A stretch of 64,000 nucleotides of DNA, taken from a virus (Duplodnaviria > Heunggongvirae > Uroviricota > Caudoviricetes). Shown in pieces: positions 29,907 to 36,179 of this stretch. Location of the stretch: the IMG/VR virus record IMGVR_UViG_3300013307_000673, one strand, 5' to 3'. Position 1 is the first letter of the stretch; every line of letters begins with the position of its first letter. The position numbers and the translations under genes were made by a program. The notes below the pieces were generated by a model, which was not told where the DNA came from, ran no database searches, and saw only the letters and a program-made list of their open reading frames with translations.

Positions 29907-29951
29907 AAACGATAAATAAAAAAGGCCTCTCAGAGGCCTTTTCCCTAACGA

Positions 29952-30632
29952 TTAACGATGATAACTTACCAGTCCATCCAGACTCTCACCCATAATAAAG
30001 GCGTAGAAATCTGCACTTGGCAGCACACCTTTCTCAATATAGCTCTTGTAGCCAGCAGGCCATTTCCATCCTTCCATGCTGTATTCAGCACTTCCATTAG
30101 CCTCTCCCGTCAGGCGACAAATAGAGAAACCTTTACAAAGCAGTTTACTCTCCTCGCCCTCCAGCTCTTTAGCGTGAAGTGCTGCTAAGAACTGCTCTTG
30201 CGAATATCCATCAACACCGTCTTTATTGATTACCGGGAAAGGCAGTCCTGTCTCATCTTTCTCCGGTTGTTTACGCCAATAGCCTTCAATATGGTCAGGA
30301 AAATAACAATCAGTATTGTCAACCGCTTTGCGTGAGTTTTGTTGATTTTTAATATCATTCTTAATATTGTAATCAACATCTTTCATTACATCGCTGAGAT
30401 GCATCAGAGCATAACTCAACGTGTTCATATCATCACCTGACATTGACATGGTTTCTTCAAAATCAATATACCACTCAGGATCACAGGTTTCTTTTTCAAT
30501 ATTGTAATGCTTAGAGGCGCGAAGCAGTATCGTTTCTGTGGGCATATAAACAAAAGACAGCGTGATTTTGTTCATACCATTATCAAGCAAGTCTACTTTA
30601 TCAAAAACATTGAAATCCTGACGATTAACCAT
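29952..30632 (-). CDS. hypothetical protein
   Basis: 226 aa; C-terminal CKGFSICRL.G..NGS.EY...W.WP.G..Y segment. Confidence 0.8.
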   Translation of the reverse strand: MVNRQDFNVFDKVDLLDNGMNKITLSFVYMPTETILLRASKHYNIEKETCDPEWYIDFEETMSMSGDDMNTLSYALMHLSDVMKDVDYNIKNDIKNQQNSRKAVDNTDCYFPDHIEGYWRKQPEKDETGLPFPVINKDGVDGYSQEQFLAALHAKELEGEESKLLCKGFSICRLTGEANGSAEYSMEGWKWPAGYKSYIEKGVLPSADFYAFIMGESLDGLVSYHR

Positions 30633-30723
30633 AGAATCCTCTTTTATTTAAACGTAGTGTGTAGTGCGACATTATAGCTTGATTTGACAATAAAATACAA
30701 CCACTCAAAACAAAAAAGAGAGC

Positions 30724-30966
30724 CTAAGCTCTCTCTGTTTTTATTTTACCGCATTTATTGATCTGCTCTATGATTTTCTCAATCGTTTTCGGATTGCTAA
30801 GATCAAGAGAGACTTTTCCATCTCTGTTTATCGTGTAAGTTCCAGTATTTTCTTTAAGCGCTTTTGCCAGTCTTCCTTGCGGATAGGATAGCTCACTCTT
30901 AGGAAATAAAGAAGAAACGCCTTTAAAATGGATGATTTTATCGAGTAATGTCTTTATGATTTTCAT
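30724..30966 (-). CDS. hypothetical protein
   Basis: Start moved to MKIIKTLL (GAGG RBS) because the longer ORF overlaps a tRNA-like RNA. Confidence 0.65.
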   Translation of the reverse strand: MKIIKTLLDKIIHFKGVSSLFPKSELSYPQGRLAKALKENTGTYTINRDGKVSLDLSNPKTIEKIIEQINKCGKIKTERA

Positions 30967-30990
30967 AATAAAAACCTCGTTTATGAAGTG

Positions 30991-31140
30991 TGGTGGTTGC
31001 TGCAGGATTCGAACCTGCACATAACAGTCTACACAGAAAGCCGCTACTGTATCAAACATAAAAAGACATGCATATCTCTTTATATCTGGTGCTTGTCACC
31101 TTCTTATCGTCTGTCATAGCTCCCGGCTATCCAAACAACC
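30991..31140 (-). ncRNA. 150-nt tRNA-like RNA (intact acceptor and T-arm, large insert in anticodon position)
   Basis: GGTTGTT/AGCAACC 7-bp acceptor, A73, CCA, T-arm GCAGG-TTCGAAT-CCTGC, TGACAG/CTGTTA stem enclosing ~80 nt. Confidence 0.75.
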
Positions 31141-31960
31141 AGTGGTCCGGGTTATAGTCATTCCCGGTATCGCTTGTCTCAGACTAATGCCCCAATCTGT
31201 TAGGAGCTACACAAACATTTTAGATTAAAAGAGGAAGTCTTGCGAGTCGTCGCGGTGTCCATGTTTTCTCTGCGGTTTTTTATTCGCTTATAACCGCCAG
31301 ATACCAGTAATGGAACATCCTTTACGATGGCAGCTTTCTCTGCCAACTTCCTCTCTTCTGCTTCGCTGTCTGCCGTAAGATTGCAGTTTTCTCTTACAGC
31401 ACAAGTCAGTGTTTATAAGCAACAAACTGACAGCTCGCTATTCTATTCAACTTAAGATATTCACTTTACGACTCGTCGCAGAAACCGCGTAGGCTTGGCC
31501 TTTTGTTTCTCTGCAGTCTTTTCTTCGCTTTCTGACTGCCGGATACTTCGCTAATCTCTTTTACGATGACAGTGAACTGCCTGTAAATATCCTTATCAGT
31601 GTTTATTAGCAACCAACTGATAACCCGCTTTTCAACTTCAAGTGGTAGGTGTTTATCTCCTACTTGATTGCCATCGATAGAGTCGCTCAGGAGTTGCAAG
31701 CTCGCTTTTTGCGGTCTTGGCATGTGTTTTCCAACATTACAAGACAACGGAGCAGTTTCCGCACAACCATCCCATATTAACTATGGATTCACTTGTTTTG
31801 CTGATTCTATCAGCTCGCTCCACAAATAGTAGCGCTCTGATTATCCTCAACAACGTCGGGGCCAGGAACCACCCTGTTTCTCCCCTAATAGCTTTTCTCA
31901 GTCCCGGCCTAAGAGAGGGCCACTACTTTAAGGACTATGGTTTGTAGCGATGGTGGTTTA
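31141..31960 (-). ncRNA. candidate large (~800 nt) structured RNA
   Basis: No credible ORF; many helices; duplicated internal modules; bounded by tRNA-like elements. Confidence 0.6.
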
Positions 31961-31983
31961 GATCAAAGCCACATTCTCTCACC

Positions 31984-32066
31984 TTGTGCTCTGTAAAGGA
32001 TTTGAACCCTTATTCTACCATTCAGAACGACCATCTGACTAGGTTAATGGCGAAGGTCGTCGCCCT
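31984..32066 (-). ncRNA. elbow-only tRNA-like element with upstream pseudoknot
   Basis: T-arm AAGGG-TTCAAAT-CCTTT, D-loop-like AATGGTAG, GTTCTG/CAGAGC; hairpin GGCGA/TCGCC whose loop CGACC can pair with GGTCG. Confidence 0.45.
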
Positions 32067-32200
32067 CTGGTTGAAACTGCCAGCCAGCATTCGCATTCCA
32101 TATCGTCTTCAGCGAACTTATCCCGCTTGCCCTTGGAACTCATACCAGACAAGATGATTTAGAATAACAGCCTCAGTCTAATCTGCTATTCTAATGAGTT

Positions 32201-32285
32201 TGGTGCTCCGGGTCGGACTCGAACCGACACGCCTTGCGACATCAAGACCTAAACCTGACGCGTATACCAATTTCGCCACCGGAGC
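32201..32285 (-). tRNA. tRNA-Leu(UAG)
   Basis: GCTCCGG/CCGGAGC acceptor, anticodon loop TT-TAG-GT, long variable arm, TTCGAGT, CCA. Confidence 0.95.
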
Positions 32286-32338
32286 ATTGCGGAAGAGGAT
32301 ATTCTATTTTACAGCATTATTAGAATCTACCTCATCCT

Positions 32339-32404
32339 CTGGTTAGCTCATGTAAGGATTCGAACCTCAGTGCTTTACGAAACACTCCGTCATTCCCTAA
32401 CCAG
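32339..32404 (-). ncRNA. 66-nt mini tRNA-like RNA
   Basis: CTGGTTAG/CTAACCAG terminal helix, GTGTTT/AAGCAC hairpin, T-arm TGAGG-TTCGAAT-CCTTA; directly behind promoter TTGTTT-N17-TATAAT. Confidence 0.55.
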
Positions 32405-32469
32405 TGAAAAGATTATACATAAAGTCTTTTTTAAAAACAAGCTTTATTTTAAATTTTCGCTTTACTTCA

Positions 32470-32506
32470 TCAAAATAAAGCCCCTGACCAATAAGGACAA
32501 GGGCTT
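32470..32506 (-). terminator. intrinsic terminator ending the upstream RNA operon
   Basis: AAGCCC...GGGCTT followed by TATTTT on minus strand. Confidence 0.6.
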
Positions 32507-33376
32507 GGACTCACCTCTACACCGGTTTGAGAATGAGCTTGCCTTTTGCTATTTCACGACCCTCTCCTAATAGGCTAACGGAGTGGCGCTAAGCCTAAAG
32601 TCTGGCTAAGACATCCTCTTTCTTGTGAATCCATAGCGAGCAACCTTTCTATGGCAAGCGTGTCAGCTTAAAGGAGTAAGACACTATACCTCCTCTAAAA
32701 AGAAGGGGAATCTCACCCCAACTTTGTTATCGATTGCAACAAGCGCTATAACAATCAACCTGCATTCTGTTATATTTCACTAATAACCTTTTATGCTACA
32801 GCTACTAGCTATACTCATTAATTTACACTTATAGTGAGTAGCCTATAAGCAGGTGTTGAATTAAAGAACATCACCATTCTCGAATAACTCCCGTCGAAAC
32901 GACAGTATCCCTATCATTTGCCCATAATGAACGATAATCTTTAAACAAGTATCCTTTCGGATCGAGCAAAGCGTACACATTCGGGCTAGTTGGACGACTG
33001 AGAAACTTCACTTTGGATAAGCTATCCCGCAGATATTTCTAACGCAAGGACCACCCCTAAATTGGTGGCGTTTGGGGACACATAAGAATTCAAAGTTCTC
33101 ACACACTCAGCGACATCTCCCATTTTTACTCATTATACCCCTGACCGCAACATCAGGTGTTTTTGATTGATAAACCCGTTAGCTTGGAAGCAAACCGATT
33201 TACCTGCTTGCCAGAAACTTAAAACTGGCCCCATAAGATATTAAGCTTTACGTTTCCCAGCCGCATCTTTTTAGGCTGTAGCTTTTTGTTCGCGGTTCCA
33301 CCCGCCACCAGAACATTTAACTGGAATCAGTTGGAGTCAAGCTCCTTAGTCAAAAACGGAATGCGCAAGCACATTC
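32506..33376 (-). ncRNA. candidate large (~870 nt) structured RNA
   Basis: No credible ORF (only a marginal + ORF overlapping to 32570); dense hairpins including ATCC-GAAA-GGAT and a candidate pseudoknot at 32812-32849. Confidence 0.6.
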
Positions 33377-33450
33377 TGATACTAGCAGCAGGAGTTGAAC
33401 CCGCTTCGTAAATTTTAATTTTATTTACTAGCTTCCTGTAAGCTACCAAT
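33377..33450 (-). ncRNA. anticodon-less tRNA-like RNA, copy 1
   Basis: ATTGGTA/TGCTAGT acceptor, AGCTT-ACAGG-AAGCT arm, AT-rich linker, T-arm GCGGG-TTCAACT-CCTGC, ends ATCA. Confidence 0.65.
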
Positions 33451-33484
33451 ATTTTTATTTTACTATCAAAAAAACTTTAAAACT

Positions 33485-33627
33485 TAGTAACTATGGGATT
33501 TGAACCCACCAGTGACCGCCGCCACCACCTCAGACCTGAGCATGAATAAACCATCACTTCGGTATCGAACTCGCTGCTCCCTGCCGGGAATGTTTACCAA
33601 AACACGCTTATGTTCACCCTTGTTACT
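33485..33627 (-). ncRNA. ~143-nt tRNA-like RNA with multi-hairpin interior
   Basis: AGTAAC/GTTACT acceptor, GTGTTT-TGGT-AAACAT D-like arm, TCCC-GGCA-GGGA GNRA hairpin, T-arm GTGGG-TTCAAAT-CCCAT. Confidence 0.6.
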
Positions 33628-33723
33628 TGGTATTAGCATCTGGAGTTGAACCAGACTTTATGTAAAGTTTACGCCCCTAATTACTCGGAGAAACGCTTTA
33701 CCAGCTTCCTGTAAGCTACTAAT
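33628..33723 (-). ncRNA. aberrant tRNA-like RNA, copy 2 of the ACAGGAAGCT family
   Basis: ATTAGTA/TGCTAAT acceptor, same AGCTT-ACAGG-AAGCT arm, T-arm TCTGG-TTCAACT-CCAGA, A73 CCA; GU-rich non-canonical central arm. Confidence 0.7.
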
Positions 33724-33726
33724 ATT

Positions 33727-33873
33727 TGGTGTCGATACCGGAATCGAACCGGAGACTTCGAAGACTACTATCTGATCCTAAACACTCGGACATCTTTCCA
33801 CTTAGGGAAAGAGCAGGATTTTAACCTACCTATTCAGACCACGCTTCGCGTTTTACCACTAAACTATCACGAC
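33727..33873 (-). ncRNA. tRNA with a circularly permuted tRNA nested in its anticodon loop
   Basis: Outer D-arm GTTT-AGTGGTA-AAAC, stem CGAAG/CTTCG, TTCGATT, CCA; inner 33770-33839 has T-arm, loop-closed 7-bp acceptor TCTTTCC/GGAAAGA and D-arm in canonical geometry. Confidence 0.8.
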
Positions 33874-33904
33874 ATTAGACTTAAGAAATCGAATCTCTTA
33901 AGTT

Positions 33905-34300
33905 ACTTCCCGCACTAAAAACAAAGCCTTTCGGTTATTTGCTTGTGCTCTTTACTACCTTTGGAACACTCCCTCTTTCGAGGGAGGAAGTCGAGGCTAA
34001 TGTTCTTCACCCCCATCGCCTATTTCAGAACACTTGCTCCACGGTTTCGCAGGGCATAGTAGGCATTTATACAGCACTCTAATATAACCATCTTGAGAGC
34101 CTATGATCATTCCTCTCTCGCCTTTAAGCAAAGCATCCACGATACGCAGCACACCCTACCCCAATCACTCACCCCACGGCATCGCAGAGCAGTCAGGTTT
34201 TCTATTTTCTTAAAAGGAGGCTTAGAGTTCTACTCTTAACAGACAGTTTGGCAGAAGTCATTACCAGTCATCCTCGCCTCAAGAACTACATCTTACCAAA
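33905..34300 (-). ncRNA. candidate ~400-nt structured RNA
   Basis: No credible ORF; CTCCCTC-GAAA-GAGGGAG and CC-GAAA-GG GNRA hairpins on minus strand; downstream of promoter at ~34412-34440. Confidence 0.45.
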
Positions 34301-34446
34301 ACCAAAACTCACAATCAACTACTTTCTACTATTATTTCAACAATATTGTTCTGCTCTTTACAGACATTATAGCGGGAATACATCTCTATTCAGTATCGCT
34401 TTAACAATTACATTATACAAAAACCAACATTGAAGTGCAAGAACTT

Positions 34447-34692
34447 TTAATCTTTTTTCAGGCTATTGATAATTTCTTCAAAATCTTCTGTCGATACATG
34501 AGGTTTCAAATCGGAAGCCAAACGTTTTAGCAAAGAATGGGAAAACTCAACCGAACCAACATTTTCATCAATATCTGAAATTAAATCGCGAATCTTACCC
34601 CAGCTTTCAACATCATTATTATTGCCAACAACTTTAGCAATATCTTTAATACTTAAATCGATTTCAACTTCTACTGTCTTGTTCAGTTTCAT
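34447..34692 (-). CDS. hypothetical protein
   Basis: 81 aa, GAGGT RBS. Confidence 0.75.
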   Translation of the reverse strand: MKLNKTVEVEIDLSIKDIAKVVGNNNDVESWGKIRDLISDIDENVGSVEFSHSLLKRLASDLKPHVSTEDFEEIINSLKKD

Positions 34693-34752
34693 GCAAACCT
34701 CACTTATTACAAAGTAGTCGTTCCAAAAAACAGCCCTCGTTGATACTCCCTC

Positions 34753-34825
34753 ACAGTAAACTAAGATTTTTACTCAGATCTCCATTCTAACACGAATGGC
34801 GCATTAAACATTATGCTACTCACTA
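34753..34825 (-). ncRNA. degenerate cloverleaf with UAAAAAU T-loop and 6-nt anticodon loop
   Basis: TAGTGAG/TTTACTG, GCAT/ATGC, CCATTC-GTGTTA-GAATGG, CTGAG-TAAAAAT-CTTAG; no CCA. Confidence 0.6.
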
Positions 34826-34832
34826 CTTAGTT

Positions 34833-34917
34833 TGGTGCTCCAGGAGGGACTTGAACCCTCACACCTTTCGGTAACGGATTTTGAATCCGCCGCGTCTACC
34901 GATTCCACCACCAGAGC
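34833..34917 (-). tRNA. tRNA-Leu(CAA)
   Basis: GCTCTGG/CTGGAGC, loop TT-CAA-AA, variable arm TACC-GAAA-GGTG, TTCAAGT, CCA. Confidence 0.95.
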
Positions 34918-34921
34918 AATA

Positions 34922-35037
34922 TGGCCTATAGAGAGACTCGAACTCTGATAACCGCCATCCTTTATTCAGTCAGAAGCAAGCTGACCGGGCAGTTCACCTG
35001 TATAGCTAAGCACCCGCTTTACTAAACGCCTATACAC
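34922..35037 (-). ncRNA. 116-nt tRNA-like RNA with an extra arm
   Basis: AGAG-TTCGAGT-CTCT T-arm, TATAG/CTATA acceptor, CCA, extra CGGG/CCCG domain, GTCAG-CTTGCTT-CTGAC anticodon-like arm. Confidence 0.55.
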
Positions 35038-35045
35038 TATCGACT

Positions 35046-35195
35046 TGGCAGGAATAGAGGAATCGAACCTCACTGATGAAAAACAGAAACTGAGAGCGAC
35101 TCAATACTGTTCCTCACTTATAGACCAAAGGATGCCTACCTTCCACATTCTTTCGTCAGCGCTAACTTAGAGAATGTGTGTCTATATTTTTCCCG
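35046..35195 (-). ncRNA. 150-nt tRNA-like RNA with two long internal arms
   Basis: CGGGAA/TTCCTG acceptor, GAGG-TTCGATT-CCTC, CCA, TATAGAC/GTCTATA and CACATTCT/AGAATGTG helices. Confidence 0.6.
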
Positions 35196-35196
35196 T

Positions 35197-35270
35197 TGGT
35201 GTCAATGGCGGGATTCGAACCCGCGTCCAGAGTTTTAGAGACTCCTGCTTTACCGCTAAGCTACAAAGAC
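35197..35270 (-). tRNA. amber-suppressor tRNA (anticodon CUA)
   Basis: GTCTTTG TA GCTT AGCGGTA AAGC A GGAGT CT-CTA-AA ACTCT GGAC GCGGG TTCGAAT CCCGC CATTGAC A CCA; two U-U mismatches in acceptor. Confidence 0.85.
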
Positions 35271-35339
35271 ACTTTCTTTCCTTCCTTCTCACTATGAAAG
35301 TCATTCTATCAAACGACTTCCTGTAGTGCAACAACTTTT

Positions 35340-35747
35340 TTAAACTTTTTCAGTGTGGATTTCCGAGAATCTCTCGAAATTCGTATCACTCACAGCCTCA
35401 CCCGGACCCAGCGCATCAAGCTTTTCCAGCATACTTTTATAACTGAAAAGCAACTCTGGTTCGCCCTGCTCGTTCAACATATAAAATGAAGAAATAGCCA
35501 CATTATCTTCAAACCAGTTCAGCAATCCCGGATTAAATGTATGGATAACAATATCCTTGACTTTACTGGCTTCAACTATCGCATCGACCAAACCTTCGAT
35601 ACTGCTCTGATCATATATAAATGGTCCGAACTTCTCTTCTCCATTAAGCATCTTATACAGCTCAGCATCCGTCAAAACCACACTTGACTCACCTGCTATT
35701 TCTTTAAGCTTTGCCGAAGGACATACATTAACAATAACTTTTAACAT
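35340..35747 (-). CDS. hypothetical protein
   Basis: Start moved to MLKVIV (GAGAGG RBS); longer ORF overlaps a tRNA-like RNA. Confidence 0.75.
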   Translation of the reverse strand: MLKVIVNVCPSAKLKEIAGESSVVLTDAELYKMLNGEEKFGPFIYDQSSIEGLVDAIVEASKVKDIVIHTFNPGLLNWFEDNVAISSFYMLNEQGEPELLFSYKSMLEKLDALGPGEAVSDTNFERFSEIHTEKV

Positions 35748-35762
35748 GATTTTACCTCTCTT

Positions 35763-35834
35763 TGGTGCTTGCGGCAGAGAATCGAACTCCACATACCTAT
35801 TGCTCATAGTGCCTTCCCATTAGGCTACACAAAC
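35763..35834 (-). ncRNA. tRNA-like RNA with shrunken anticodon arm
   Basis: GTTTGTG/CGCAAGC, GCCT-AATGGGA-AGGC, CTAT-GAGCA-ATAG (4 bp plus 5-nt loop), 6-bp T-stem, TTCGATT, CCA. Confidence 0.75.
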
Positions 35835-35932
35835 GGCGTGCCGGACTCGAACCGGATTCTCGTTTAAGTTACAGCCTCTTATCTAGAATTTCGAGGCATA
35901 TCAAACGCGCTTTACCCATAAGCTAACTCCCT
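35835..35932 (-). ncRNA. tRNA-like RNA with hairpin inserted in anticodon loop and decayed acceptor
   Basis: GCTT-ATGGGTA-AAGC, CGTTT/AAACG enclosing GCCTC/GAGGC hairpin, CCGG-TTCGAGT-CCGG; no CCA, abuts the next element. Confidence 0.6.
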
Positions 35933-35974
35933 GAACACACTATAGCAAAACAAATCATGCAGTACAAGTCTTTT

Positions 35975-36163
35975 TTAACTTAAGACATGACTATATACAG
36001 CACGAACAGTATCAAGAGGAACGCCTGAAGAATACGCAATCGCCTCCATTTTTATCTCATTGATTCTTTCTTCACGGCGAGCCATCTCCTCACTGGACAA
36101 TGGAGGACCAATATGCTCAATCTTGTTGATTTTTTTGCCTTTCCATGGAAATATCTGATTCAT
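35975..36163 (-). CDS. hypothetical protein
   Basis: 62 aa, GAGAGG RBS. Confidence 0.65.
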   Translation of the reverse strand: MNQIFPWKGKKINKIEHIGPPLSSEEMARREERINEIKMEAIAYSSGVPLDTVRAVYSHVLS

Positions 36164-36179
36164 AACAGCCTCTCTTATG

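Noticed and set aside
31141-31960. Group I intron or RNase P RNA
   Set aside because: TCAGACTA, AAGATAT and GAGGAAGT look-alikes exist, but the P7 partner TAGTC and the RNase P consensus (GAGGAAAGTCC...CGGCTTA) are missing, and no interrupted gene flanks it
30991-32160. Bona fide tmRNA
   Set aside because: No GGGG 5' end or G3-U70 alanine determinant, and no identifiable tag ORF
31466-32570. ORFs 31466..31747, 31717..31947 and 32370..32570, plus 13395..13604 and 14068..14304
   Set aside because: No RBS, atypical composition, and they overlap structured RNA elements
32503-33342. Terminal helix GCTTGGACTC/GAGTCAAGC closing the second large RNA
   Set aside because: Both strands overlap competing local structures (terminator stem and GGAG/CTCC hairpin), so the boundary cannot be asserted
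35303-35331. TACAGGAAG shared between a promoter spacer and the 33377/33628 RNAs
   Set aside because: A 9-mer match is short enough to arise by chance, and no other support for promoter mimicry was found
33727-35932. Classical tRNA introns
   Set aside because: Removing the inserts does not regenerate a 7-nt loop with U33 and purine 37, and no bulge-helix-bulge or group I core is present
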